Source of the DNA: Monocercomonoides exilis PA203
Taxonomy: Eukaryota > Protista > Preaxostyla
Reading direction: 5' to 3'
DNA length: 64,000 nucleotides
Assembly: GCA_001643675.2 (NCBI GenBank)
Contig: LSRY02000009.1
Coordinates: forward strand, 682,001 to 746,000
In this document: positions 44,301 through 56,445 of the stretch, in pieces
Layout of the letters: each line of letters opens with the position of its first letter
Numbering within the stretch: the stretch's first letter is position 1
The notes under the pieces: model-generated
Seen by the model: only the letters and a program-made list of their open reading frames with translations
Told to the model about the DNA's origin: nothing
The model's database searches: none
Program-made: the position numbers and the translations under genes

Positions 44301-44938
44301 AGAAAGTGAGTGTGGTTGATGAGGCAGCAATTATCATGCAGGATGCCACTGATAAAGTTTCGAGTGTTAAAATAGAAGGACTGAGCATGAACGAGGTGAA
44401 ATCAGAAAAGGGATTGTCAGCAGGTGTTAAGATCAAGATGGTTGATAGTGGTTCAAATGTTGAAATGGGAAAAGATAAGAAATGTTCATTCAAATCGTGT
44501 GTTGCAACAGCAGGTAATGCAGGAGCAATTACCATTGAGATGAAAAAAGCAGTTGATCATTTGAAACTTCCGGGTGAAGGCAAGCTTGAGTTAGGTGACA
44601 ACAAAGGGAAAGATTCATCAGTTGCATCGTTGTGCATTATTGCTGAAGACTTTGATGACTTCTGCAAGAAGGAAGGTGCGTTTGAGTTTGCAAAGAATTA
44701 CAACGATGATAACAAAGGATGGATCGTGGGAGCAAAAGATGAAAAATCTGATCTTGAAGATGTGTATGAGAAATACTTGAAGAAAGAGGAGCCGAAAGAG
44801 GAGCCAGAACCTGAAAAGAAGAAGTCAAATGCAGGAACAATTGTTGCAATTGTTGTTCCTATTGTGGTTGTGGTGATTGTTGTGGTTGTGGTGATTATTG
44901 TAATTGTTGTAGTCAGGAAGAAGAGGTCTCGCAACTAA
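41336..44938 (+). CDS. Intact 1200-aa type I membrane surface protein with three ~380-aa beta-helix-like repeats
   Basis: Hydrophobic N-terminal signal (MLFTFVLSYIVLSS). Repeats begin FVKS..GGDGSEGQPFGSI, YVKS..EGDGSDTKPWANI and YVKKDGSGNGETYETPMGSI. SGA(L/I)Y and FxxC motifs recur. A Val/Ile TM helix is followed by an RKKRSRN tail. No introns. Confidence 0.92.
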   Translation: MLFTFVLSYIVLSSYSDGPTEKFVKSQATGGDGSEGQPFGSINDAYTSFTDPNTEGFVITIIKEEDEAPKLKPNPITLSMDYQITIKGQITDEQNPEKISIDCSSTVGNDLLKCEKTVSFASLKFVYKATLGTSTGTLSLIHAVSTGDTPAVLPVLSIISCEFDRPTEETSIHLVKADAGTVNMVSVVSNDNTKTAKFSVTPFLLEGVSSVSMTGCGFGKMESSASAVVIIKNTKKIQVTLDTCTFTECKSTVAAASETSGALYVESDATDSEFTIGNTGATTFTSCTCEHGKSGAIYLNMKNIADAEKLKWPGTETNLVFTTCTIGAADASKNTSIYLYVPTTLHEGIANAMKASFAAKYDRVAHKDYIMARKTETENIDLVSEYINPEPKQVKTFYVKSGAAEGDGSDTKPWANIKEAYDHFTEASEGGYCIEIMKTDGQGEALVAEVNTFNKATGVTIEGYLDNAQSEKAVEVNCASRKGTEGKDLFTCKKAVSFKKLKMTFPLTFEKKVAAMSNDGTLALIHADSESTSLAIDTCEFVRAPKETGKDYIANIHVVNVDAGAVSMNDVKCTGAEELTFSVTPFKVEGVTSVSLTLLNIEKLNSKQSAVMKVVGKADEVVTVVIDRCTFSNCISSDESTATSGALHVECENKGSKFSVKDKSATSFSSCSCTKGKSGALYLKMANIEKANQLSWPETKTDDNFKFTTCTAGEGDNEKSTGIYLDVPVALHKDIADTMKAGFATGYVRGTNDWNIVANSEDGDVDFTSKYFNPAIAYVKKDGSGNGETYETPMGSIINAYNGLVAKPSISGYVIKVIKEEDDKKILKAEAVTFLKEVTIVGVTQVQEKGSETKKEVEAEASLDCDAKNGGDLFTCKNKVEFRGVSFLYPLSLDKPKNSNDDPVINSLIVAEGADAKLNIVNCKFVKSKTETSSNDGEETVGIHLVKVSAGTLTMNTVEFKEANEVKFQKSMFVINGASSVKLDKVDIEKVSVVDEAAIIMQDATDKVSSVKIEGLSMNEVKSEKGLSAGVKIKMVDSGSNVEMGKDKKCSFKSCVATAGNAGAITIEMKKAVDHLKLPGEGKLELGDNKGKDSSVASLCIIAEDFDDFCKKEGAFEFAKNYNDDNKGWIVGAKDEKSDLEDVYEKYLKKEEPKEEPEPEKKKSNAGTIVAIVVPIVVVVIVVVVVIIVIVVVRKKRSRN

Positions 44939-45550
44939 AAAAAAAGAAAAGTCAGAACATTAATTGTTGCTGATCCACAATAATAAAAAAGTTTAAAGAT
45001 TATATTTTCATTTTCCTTTTTTTTTAATTAAGTTAAACCCGTGATGCTGATGTTTTGATTTTTATTAAGCTTGTTTGTTGATTACAAACATGCAATCTTC
45101 TATCTATTTCCTTCTTTTCTTTTCTTTTCTTTTCCTTTATCTTTTCATAATAAAGTTTTATTGATTTTTATTTTGTGGCACAATGCCATACACTATCATC
45201 ATCATCCAGGCTGTTATCAGTCTTTGATGAATATATTAGCTAAAGTTTTCAATAATTTTTTATTATTTGAAATCCTTTTTGACTTATCGTGCATTTGTCG
45301 TTCAATGAAAAAGTTTGTGCTTTTCAAATAAACTTTTCACCATTGTTGATAAATATTAATGAATATAGAAAAACATTATTGCGATAAATTTTTTTTGAAG
45401 AAATATTAAATTTGATAATTGTTTATTGAAAATATATAGAATTAATTTCAAAAATAGATGTTCATTAATGATGAAAAAAAGTTATCAATTTGTTGCATTC
45501 GAAAATAATGTAAAAAACTGTTTTGTGAAAAGAGCAAATGATTTTTAATA

Positions 45551-46871
45551 CAGTCTGTCCCAAAAAAATGTTGATCAGTCCTTTTTTAATGTCGATCATA
45601 CCATCAACAATATTTGAAATGCCACCCAATATTGAAAATCGTTATTATTTCTGTGAGTATTTTTGTGATGAATTTTGCCTTTGTAGAGTTGTACGTGTTT
45701 ATAACTTGCTCAGAAATTAATTAGAATTAATATGCCACCTGATATGGTTAGTTTTATGTTCTCTTTAACTAATAATTTTGTTATTAATTAAGTTTTTTTC
45801 AATTTTTATCGAATAATGCAGTATGAGACAAATTAAAAATAAAAAAGTCAACAAGGAATTTATGGATACGAGATTTATTTCGAAACGAAGTCTAATATTC
45901 TGCAAAAAATGAAAATATGAAACTGACCTTTCTCGCAACTCTGCGAAAGGAATGTTCATTTATAATTAATTATTTTTTAATTCTCTTCCAACATTTGACG
46001 ATTAATTTGCATTTTCACATTTTTTTATGTGAATATCCGTATGTAATATTGTTGTAATTGCATTTTTGTGAGAACTTTATTTTGCTGGATCAAAGCGTTT
46101 ATTGTTTTTATAGACCGTTGATAAGTTGAAATACTTTCTGTTAATATATATTCATGCTTTTTTTAGGATTATTTCTTCGCTATAAAGTTTTTTGTTTTAT
46201 GTATATGTTTTCATGCAATTAACATCTTTTTAAAAAAGAATAAAACTTATATGTTGTGTTTATTTATATAAATAAAGAATTTATCCATAAAACAATGTTC
46301 TTATAAATACACGATCGTATTTTTATCAAGAATATATTTATCATTTCGTTTTTCTCAACAAATTCATTTGAGGTCAATTAGAAAAATCAAATCACAAGAA
46401 ATCAATTGTATTAATAAAATCTTATGCGAAAATATGTGATTTGTTTGTTCAAAAGGATGTCAATACAAATCAAAACGATAAATAACAATATTTACTCAGT
46501 TCATTTCAATGAACTTTCCACAAGTCAAATAAAAACAAAAACTGCTTCAGAAACAAAATTTCCATTCAAAAAAATCGGAATTCTTCAAAATCATTCTCTT
46601 ATAAGGCATCAATCGAGTGAAATTAACAATGCTGTAAATGAAAGTTGAAAAACAATATATGAAGCAGAAGAATAGGTAATACACAAACAACAAACACCAT
46701 AAATTATGTCTACACCAAAAAAATAGCAAAAACTCAATGTTACAACCTAAAGAATGGATAAAAATTAACAGTTAAGCTCAAAAATGAAAAATATGGCACA
46801 ATTTGTTTTTAATTAGCATGGTATGATCGACATTAAAAAAGGACAGATCAACATTTTTTTGGGACAGACTG
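45551..46871. mobile_element. Tc1/mariner-type non-autonomous element with 54-bp TIRs
   Basis: TIR CAGTCTGTCCCAAAAAAATGTTGATC...CATACCAT at both ends (one mismatch); TA duplication; no transposase ORF. Confidence 0.9.
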
Positions 46872-47329
46872 TACAGTTTTATTTGCATAATTGTGATTTG
46901 ATTGCCAACTTTATTTGTTTGAGTATTTCTTCTTTCTTCATATTCTTTCGGTGAGTCACTTGTTCATATCAAACTATTAAACAACTTTGTTTTTGAAAAA
47001 ACAGACAAAACACTTTGATTTCAAATTGAAAGCAATCGTATGTAGGGATAAAAAATGAATATTTTAGGAAACTTGCATCCATACTTAATGCGATCAAAGT
47101 TGACTGACAATTCACAAAGGATTCGTAATTTATCCATTCACGATGCTTGCAATATTTAATTTTTATTCTCTTTTATTTTTCATTTTTTGATAATAATGCA
47201 TGTCTCAAAAAACTGAAACAACTATTTGGCTCAAACTGTTTTGTTTCAAAATAAGCCATATTTTTCCGAAAGCGTTTATTGACAAATCACACACGTCCAT
47301 TGCTGCCCTTTTAACAAGTAAGTTGTCTC

Positions 47330-48933
47330 ACAGTTAATTGCTCCGGCAGTTTTTGAGTCCCTTCACACACACCAAGTGAACGAATTCTCCCAATTGTCTG
47401 TCTGATTCTGTCTCTCTGGTTTCGATGGATTCACCTCACTCCCGCTGATTGCAACATTCTCAGACAGATAGCACCTGACAAATGAGGTGTTCGAGGCTGA
47501 CAAGGAAGATGAGGGGCTGTTCAGTGAGGGGACAATGCCCCCATCATAAACATCCCACACTGACACAAATTCACATCCACTCATCAGAAATGAGGTTTGG
47601 CTCAGCCCTTCACCCAATTGTCCTGTTTTCTGTGGATTTGTGGAGATGTTGAAGAAGGTCAGCTGGGTGAGAGATACAAGGCGTGTCAGGGGATGCGCCA
47701 GAAACGGGGCTGAAGACATACAAAAAGATGAGAAATCCGACTCACTCACCAATACACTCCCTCCTCCTCCACTTTCTTCTTCACTTTCTTCTCCTTTTCT
47801 GCCCCATCCTCCCTTCTCCTCCAAACAACCTCCCAAAATTCAATTCTTCTTCTATTCTTATCCAGCTCAATGAAATATAGGGTGATTTATAAACCCGAAT
47901 ATTTTTATAAACCCGGTTATTTTTTTTGTTCGTTGAAACAGAATAAATAGATTATAAAAATTAAAAAGGTAAAAATTTATATGTTTATTTTACTATTTCA
48001 TGGCAGCACTAAATTTTTTTTGTTTCAATTTTAGTTTTTGATGAAGATCTGAGGAATTTTTAATTTATTTTCGATCATTTGTTTTGCTTGTTTTTAACCA
48101 ACTCTCTTTTTCTGTCAATTTTTAAGTATAATGTCATAAAACATACATAACGAAGTTTTATTATTCGAAATGTTTTATGTTTTTATCTATTTTTTCTATT
48201 GTTTTTCACATTTCATCATTTTTGTCAAAAAATATAAAAAAATGAAAATTTTGAGATAAACAATATTTTTTACATATTAAAAATGATGTGCATGAAAAGA
48301 AAAAGATTTGTATAAAGTATTTACCGTGTCAAAAATTTGTGAAATGTTGTTGCTTTCATTACACAAATCAATTTATGAAAATGATAAAAATGCTTATTTC
48401 ATATTAAACAAAACTTAAAATGACTAATTATTAAGAATACCAATGCATTATTATCTTATTTATACGTTATTGTTACATATAAATCTTGATATCAAAAAAA
48501 AACATAGATATTTTCATATTTTCATATTTTTAGACAAAAATGATGAAATGTGAAAAACAATAGAAAAAATAGATAAAAACATAAAACATTTCGAATAATA
48601 AAACTTCGTTATGTATGTTTTATGACATTATACTTAAAAATTGACAGAAAAAGAGAGTTGGTTAAAAACAAGCAAAACAAATGATCGAAAATAAATTAAA
48701 AATTCCTCAGATCTTCATCAAAAACTAAAATTGAAACAAAAAAAATTTAGTGCTGCCATGAAATAGTAAAATAAACATATAAATTTTTACCTTTTTAATT
48801 TTTATAATCTATTTATTCTGTTTCAACGAACAAAAAAAATAACCGGGTTTATAAAAATGTTCGGGTTTATAAATCACCCCATCTCAATAACCCTGGAAAT
48901 TAATTCATTTATTCTGTCTCTTTTGCTAGTCAT
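47330..48933 (-). pseudogene. N-terminal fragment of the surface-protein family, interrupted by the 47880-48879 element
   Basis: SESDFSSFCMSSAPFL...VWDVYDGGIVPSLNSPSSSLSASNTSFVRCY; coding-like sequence resumes beyond 48880. Confidence 0.6.
47880..48879. mobile_element. 1-kb foldback derivative of the pogo family with near-perfect arms of about 355 bp
   Basis: Termini GGGTGATTTATAAACCCG match the TIRs of 33491-35776. Arms at about 47880-48236 and 48522-48879. Flanks are TA and CA. Confidence 0.9.
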
Positions 48934-49699
48934 TTTAATTTTCTTTGGATAATTGAGCATTTTTAATTAAATTAAAGAGGTTAGCAATGATCGAATAAAG
49001 CTATCAACATAAAATGTTGAGAAATGCTCTTCTTTTTCTCACTTTTTTTGGCATTTCACAAATTTCTTGCTCCTGTTTTTTGAAAAAGAAAACAGCTAAT
49101 ATTTAAATGATAAAATTAGTGAATGATGAAAAACTATCATATGGTTAGTTATTTTTCATGGTATAAAAAGAAAAATCAAGTCTTTTCAAAAAATATTTTC
49201 ATTAAGGGACTGGTTGATTGGAAAAATAAAAGTGATGAATGTATAAACACTTTTTTTTAATAAAATTAAAATTAAATATTTGTTGTTTTGAATTAAATTA
49301 TAATCATTATTATTATTATTTTCATATTTTCAAAAGAATTTTGAAAAAATATCCAAAAAATGTTGAAAATTCAGCATACAACCAAAACACTCGTTCTATC
49401 TTCTATAAAACATGATGCAAATGGCACTCTGCAGATAGCAAATCAATTTTTTTAAACAATAGTATGTTCAATAATGTTCTTGGAAAGAAATTTGAAATAG
49501 ACACTGAAATACAAAATTCTTGGTTTAAAACAAACATTTTTCAATTATGAACTGAGAAAAATATTATTGTAATACAAGATATTTGTCAACTAAACAACTG
49601 TTTGTTGTTGATTTTTGTTTTAAACAGCAATTTAATTCTCAAAACAAGTTGTATTGATCAATTGATCAAAGTTAAAGAAAAAAATAACAAGAAAATATT

Positions 49700-52600
49700 A
49701 CTGAAAAGAAAGAAATTCCTGTATTTCTGTTTCTAATCTTTCAAAATGTTTTGCTGCATAGCCACCTTCATTCTTCTCCATCATCTTCCTCATTGGAATC
49801 GCCTTCTTTGAAATCTGAGTTCGTCTTTGGAAGCGTTGCTTCTTTTCCATGTTGACTCCACCAACGCCACTTGCATTTGTGATCTTGCTGGGAGCAGAAG
49901 GGCGTGTGACTCTCGACCACTGCACCCTCTCCTCTTCATCCTTATCGCATCCGTCTCTGCATCCACTTCAGCTAAACTTGAATCCCTCTCAGTCTCCTCC
50001 TCTTTACTCGCTTGCAATTCCCTCGTGGCCATCTGCCCACCTGCTCTGGATGGCTCCACTTCTCTGGCTGGCTTGGCTGCCACAGATCAAAGAACAATAA
50101 TCGTTTTTCACTCTTCCAATAACACCAATATTGTGTGTTCAGAGAAATAAGAGGATTATGCTTGTGTTTATTTGTTGCGTAAGCGAAGAATCGACCAAGG
50201 GTGGATCCGATATTCAGTGCCTCGAATGATACAAATCGCCACTGCGCATATCCTCCTGCATCCTCACACAGCGCATCTGCTCCCACACAGCCAGCAAAGG
50301 CGATGGTCTCTTCATTGACTGCTTCCGCCCTGTTGGTGCCCTTCCCATCTTCTTCTCCATCATCAACCTCCGCTTTTCATTGAACTAATCCTTCGCGGAA
50401 AAGTACCTTTTTCTCCGCTGCTCTAACACTCTATATCAAATTAATGGAATTATCCTTTCCATCATCGTTACAAAGACCTCTTTCGCAAAAATCTCCTTCG
50501 TCTACAGCTTTGAATTCTCCCGTTCCGGCTCCCTTCGAAGTCAATATCCTCCCCTTTATCATTTTCTTTTGCATTCAACAGATTTTCACTTGCAAGGACA
50601 CTGGCTCCTCTGTCCGCCAGAGTGGCTAACCGCTGTCCCCTGCGCCTTCCTCTCCACAGTCGTACACCACATCTCCCCTTCCATCGACAACATCCTCTGG
50701 ATCTGCTGCTCCTCCTTCTTCGAGGCTCTGACCTCCCTTGCAAACATCCGAGTAGAGTTTGTCTCGGGGAGTTTTGTCTCCGTTCTTTTGAACACTATCA
50801 GTTAGCTACAGATGCATTTTTCAATGGCTGTATCATCCTTAAAGTTATTCCTCCCTCTATTCCTCCCTTCGCATTCCCCCTCTTTTCTCTTTCTTTCCAA
50901 CCTTCTCTTCTTCCTTCTCTCTCATCCTCCTTGCCCAGATCTCATCCTCTCTGACTTCCAGTCCTTTTATTCCTTTCTCAGCTAACCTCAGCTCCTGAGG
51001 ATATTTCTGTTTGCAATCCAAAATCCCTTCTTCTTCATAGCACACAAGCTTCTCAATGCACCATCCATCAACAGGCAGAAGCAATACGTTGTCTTCCGTT
51101 GTGCTTCTCCGCCGGCATGTCTCAGCACATCCGACCCAGTGGTGGAGAAGAGAAGGAAGGTAGAAATGGAGCGAGCACTGTATATCTTGAAGAACAGAAG
51201 AAGAAGAGGAAGACGAAGAAGAAGAAGAATCTTCTATGCTTATTTGCTGTGTCTGTAAGTATTCTTTGCTTTTCTCAAGATATTCGTCAAGCAGTAAGTT
51301 TTTCTGCAAAGGAGCTAAAGCAAAAGCGGAATCAATTCTCAAATCAAACATCCAAAAACGCCTTCGCATTTTCACTTCGCTTTTGCTCAGAATGTTTTCG
51401 TTCTTTTGAAATACAACTCTCTTCTTCATCTTCTCCTTTTGTTGTTCTTTTGAAAATGACAAAGTTTTCTGAAATTTCATCTTCTCCTTCTTCAACAGTC
51501 AAAAATGAATTTTTATTCAGAAGCGCATATGCAAAACTTCCAAATGGAAAAACTTGCCTAAAAAGATACAGAACATATCGAATTTGAAAAACCTTCATTC
51601 ACCAAACAATAAGAGGAGATTCAACATTCTCCTTCATCCACACCTTCCTCTGCTTCACTCCGCTTTTGAAGTTCGATTCGCTTCTTTCAATCTTCTTATT
51701 CTTCTGATACGAAACAAACTCTTCTTTCTTTTTCTCAACCTGCTCCAGTGCCTTCTTCTGCTCATCTTCTAGCTTTGACCGCTTTTTCTTTGAGTTTTCT
51801 TTCTCTTCTTCCAGAAGCTCCTCTCTATCATTCTCTGCGTCTTCCTTCTCCTTCTTCTCCATCTTCTGCTGTATCGCTTTCTCCTCTTCAATTCTGTCGA
51901 TGCGGCTTGGAATGGCTGACAATTTTGGCTCAGGAAAGCACAGTGAAGAAGTCGGAACGGACGGTGTGAGGCAGAAGAAAGCGAAGAAGGAAGAGAGGAA
52001 GAAGGAACAGGATGCCACATTTGATGGGTGAAAGTCGGGGTATTGGTGGAAAAAGGAGATAAAGAGCACGTTGAAAGAGGAGGCGAAAGTGATAATGGTG
52101 AAGAAGGCAAAGCATTGACAATCTGATTGTTATCAGATGAAATTGGTGTGGATGACGAAGAAGGAGATAAGATGATGATAAAGATAAGGAAGAAAAAGAG
52201 AAAGATGCTGCTGGAGTTTGCTGGGGTGTTGACTGAAGAGTCTGATTTGGTCCATTTAACGTTGTGTTAACAGCATTTTGATGGTAAAAAGGCAAGCTTA
52301 TAATTCTTTCTGCTTCTCTTTCTCTTTCTTCTCTCAGCTTCTTTTCTTTTATTCGCCTCAATCTTTCGTCAAATTACATTCTCGCCTTCGTTTATTGCTC
52401 CTTTCACGCTATCCCATCTTTCACTTCCTCCTCAAACAACTTGTCATCTAAAAGCGCAATGTGACAAACAATTATCAGAGTCTGCATCCTTTCGCTTATC
52501 AGCGACGAATACAGCGAAAGAAAATCTGTATTCTTTTTCTCCTCTTTCCTCCTCTTCATCCCTTCCAGCGTCGCAAGAAGGCTGCTTCGTGGAGCCTTTG

Positions 52601-54450
52601 TGGGTTTTCTGGCACTTTGTGGAGAAATAAATGAAGAAATCCGAGGGGAAGATGAAGCAGATGCCTGTGATTGAGAAATAGATGAGGTTAATGCTTTGTT
52701 TGTAGTTGTTTTCTTTAACCAGAAGAAATAATCTTCGTCTTCTTGGAATAGAACCATGTCATCTTTGCTGCATTTCTTCCCTTTCGCTGTCATTTTGGAT
52801 TCATCCTTTGGATCCCGGAAAACCGTCTTGCTACTCCGAGACGAGGAAGAAGAGGTTGAAGAAGAAGAAGATGATGATGATAAAATCACTGAAGACGTAT
52901 CACAAGCGCACATGCTTTCTTCAAGCTGATTTCGATACTTTTGACTAGCTGCCATATAGCACTCTCATCTCGCTTTTCCTTCTCTCTTCGTTCTCTTCGT
53001 ACTCCACAGAAAATAGTCCATCTCCTCTTTAGCACCTTCTCATTGAATTCGCATTGCCCACCTCTGCTTATCTTCATTGTGAAATGAAACCCAAATAGTC
53101 TTTGTATGTCACTAATTTTCCATATAACAGCCATTTCAGCAGGAAGGAATAACAAGAGATGTTCTGCCTTAATCAATTGACTCCAAATGTATCATTCTAT
53201 CAACTCTTCTATTTGAAGTTCCATCTTTCTCTGTCTTTTAATATTTCTCATGTTCAATTCTTTTTTATTTTTTATCATTCAATCGTTAGTTCTTTCTCAT
53301 TCAAATTCTTCATTTTCTTCCTGTTGACTTCTCTTTCCTTTCTTCCCAGCAGCTGCCTGAAGAACTCCTCCTCAAACAAAAGGGCATCCGCATAGCAGTA
53401 GAATGGCGGATGAAAAGGTGGAGTCATTGAAGAAAAAGAACACCACGTGGTGAATGGATGGGCGTGTGACAAAAAGAAGGTGCGTATTTTGATGAGAGCG
53501 GGAGTGGAGAAAGAGGCAGTAGAGATGAGGGCGGAGGCGGTAGATGGACAGAGGATTAGAAGAAGAGAGAGAGGATAAGGAAGTGTTTGCGCGATTGAAC
53601 CGCAGCTTGGTTCACTGCAGTCAAAGGAAGTTTTCACAGAGGCAGCTGAAGAAGAAGTCGATAAAGATGTTGCTGTTGGGTTTGAAAAAAACAGAAGTGG
53701 AACATGTTGATGATGAAAAGAAAGAAGATGCATTTAAAGTCATTTCAAATGTTGTTGTTTGAGCATTTGCTGCTTGAAAAATCTGTCTGTTTTTGTGGAA
53801 ATTTGGATGATTCGTGATTGTGGGGACAATCATCCCTCCTCTCTCTTTCCTCTCCCGCTCATCTTCTCCTCTTTCTTTCCTCAAAGTTTACAAGTCCAAA
53901 AAATCATATCGAGTACCTGAAATTTCATAGCTCAGTTCGTTTTGTCTTCCTTCTCCCTTAAAAGACGAAGCAAAAACAGGAGAATGGAACGCCAGTGAAA
54001 AACAAGGTGATGAATTTTCAGTCAATTCTTGTTCTTCCATCGCATATTAATCTTTGCTGTTTTATCTTTGTTCTCCGTCAGCTTCTTCAGCTTCTCTCTT
54101 TCTGAGATCAGATCCTCCAGCGACTCAAAGTTGATGTCCATTTCTCTGCCGGACTTCACTCCACAAACATAATTGAATGAGACATAGTTGTTGAAGTGAA
54201 TAAGACATTTTGTGTATAAATCGGTGATTGTGCTGTTGAAGAAGCAGAAGGAGGAGAATGCAGAGAAGATGGAGAAGGTGGAGAAGGTGGAGTATACTGC
54301 ATGGCTGTGGTGCAATCGGAATAAGTCATATTTGAAAATCTCAGCAAATAGGAAAAAGTGAAATCCTCGTGATGCAAAAGAAGAATATTAAATCGCATCA
54401 GTGTTGTGGATGAATGAAATGTTGAAGCTTCAAACTGGTGCATGATTGAA
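49700..54450 (-). pseudogene. Fragmented low-complexity host gene or genes
   Basis: Overlapping, frameshifted minus-strand ORFs rich in Ser, Glu and Lys; no domain recognised. Confidence 0.4.
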
Positions 54451-54788
54451 ATAGTTAAATTTCAAATGACTAAGAAGAATAAGAGTATGAAGACTCAAAT
54501 TCTATTTGATATTTGACGTCTGTTATCTGCTTTCAATGTCCATTATATTGAATTTGAAATAAGATAACTGTCCCATCAGAAAATGAAAGCGGTCCTTTGA
54601 ATTAAAACTCTATGTTGAAAAACAAGCAGTATCAGTCGTGTTTCTGAAAGATCCCATATTACTCTTCACATTTATGCTGATAATCAATTCACGAACTTGT
54701 ACGTCTTCATAGGAAATTTTCATTCAGACTACAATTATTCGAAGCTTTTTTAAATGGAAATAAATAATGTGAATATGGTTCGAAATCA

Positions 54789-55023
54789 TAAATAGGATTG
54801 TTCATTGATCGGAAAAAAATTTTACAAAAAATAAACCAATATATTTTTTGACTCAACAAAATACAAAAAACATGAAAAACATTGAATTTTCATTGAGATA
54901 TTCAATTTGAAATATTTTCATGAAAATTCAATGTTTTTCATGTTTTTTGTATTTTGTTGAGTCAAAAAATATATAGGTTTATTTTTTGTTAAATTTTTTT
55001 CCGATCAATGAATAATCCTATTA
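54789..55023. repeat. 235-bp hairpin palindrome (arms of about 105 bp, spacer of about 25 bp), probable MITE
   Basis: TAAATAGGATTGTTCATTGATCGG... mirrored by ...CCGATCAATGAATAATCCTATTTA with few mismatches. Confidence 0.85.
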
Positions 55024-55110
55024 CTGTCTGTATGTAATTAATGTTGATCTGTCCGAAAATAATGTTGATCATACCATCAACAGTATTAAAATCGAACACC
55101 CAATATTGAA
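55024..55110 (+). mobile_element. Diverged solo end of the 45551 Tc1-like family
   Basis: TA-CTGTCTG...AATGTTGATCTGTCC...AATGTTGATCATACCATCAACA...CACCCAATATTGAA matches 45551-45635. Confidence 0.75.
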
Positions 55111-56188
55111 TGATGCGAGAATTGTTGCTCAATTCTAAGTTTCTCACGTGTTTTTTGAAATGTTGATTGTGTTCTTAAATTATCAAGTAATGGATTAGGA
55201 AAGGTTTACTAATTGTTATTCATTTCATTTCGTTGCATTTATCAATAAATTTAATTTGTAATTCTATTTCTTTTTTTTATCTTGCAAACAAAGCAGAATT
55301 TATGAAATAACGAAAGATAACAAATGAGAAGTTGACAAAGCAAGCGTTTATCACAAAATTGAAGTCAAGTATTTTGAAAAATGAGAAAATGTGTTTACGA
55401 ATTTTCACAGAATAAATGCTGCAATAAATTCATGAAGTAGCAATTTCTTGAAGTTTGTTTCAGATGCGTTGTTTTTTAATTTTTCATATTCATCTTTTTT
55501 GAATGGAAAATCAATTGGAAAGGGGGTGAAAATAGAACTATTTCATTTGATTATCATAAAACATTATGAGGAAGTTTTTAATTTGAGTTGAGCAAAACAC
55601 AAAACAGGCATTTGAGGCTATTCCATTTGAATGTTTTTTTCATCAGTTTTTTGTAATAATTGTTAAATATGATTCTTTTTTTTCAATCACTTTTTGTTAC
55701 TTTGTAATAAAATTTTCCAGTATTTTATCGTGTTGTTTATGTTTATGTGTTGCATTTTAATTCGTTAAACAATGTTTGACATTTTCAGGATTTGATTTTT
55801 ATTAAGCATTTATTTCATGTTTCATTTTTTGTTGAAAAGCTTAAAAGAGTAGATTTAAACGATAATTAACAAATAATTAATTGCGTTATCATTTTCTGAT
55901 GCAATTGCTTTGGTCATAGTTGTTTGAAATGAATTCAATGAAAACAAAATTCAAACAAAAATCATGAAAGATTTTTTTTTTCAAAAAATAGAATATTCAT
56001 AAAAACTAAACAGTTTAAGTTGTCGGAATCAAAATTCAATTCGTGAAACGAGTTCAGATTCACGAGCTCTTTCTAATTAGATTGATAACTAGATAGATTG
56101 ATAATTACCAAATATTCTGTTAAAGAACAATATAACCTTTGAATAAACAATTTGAAAACAAAAAACAAACAACGTGAATCACACCTAT

Positions 56189-56445
56189 TAGCCCTGGGTG
56201 ACGTGGTGACTTATAACGTGACATTTACGATTTTTGACGAACGTGACAAAATTTTCCACGTCACAAAGCAAAACCAACATTATTGTTTTATTGTTTCTAA
56301 AAAATAAATATTTTCCGATCTATTTTTATTTGAAAATTGAGAAAATAAAATTTTCCTTTATATATTTTTTACTGACGTTTAAGCGGCAATCGGAATTTTG
56401 ACGCGTAACTGAAGTCACTGAAGTCAATGACTTCACTTCAGTTCA
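56189..56445 (+). mobile_element. Solo hAT-like terminus with GTGAC/ACGTGA subterminal repeats
   Basis: TAGCCCTGGGTGACGTGGTGAC..., repeated ACGTGAC, and an inverted AACTGAAGT..ACTTCAGTT cluster at about 56406-56443. Confidence 0.5.
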
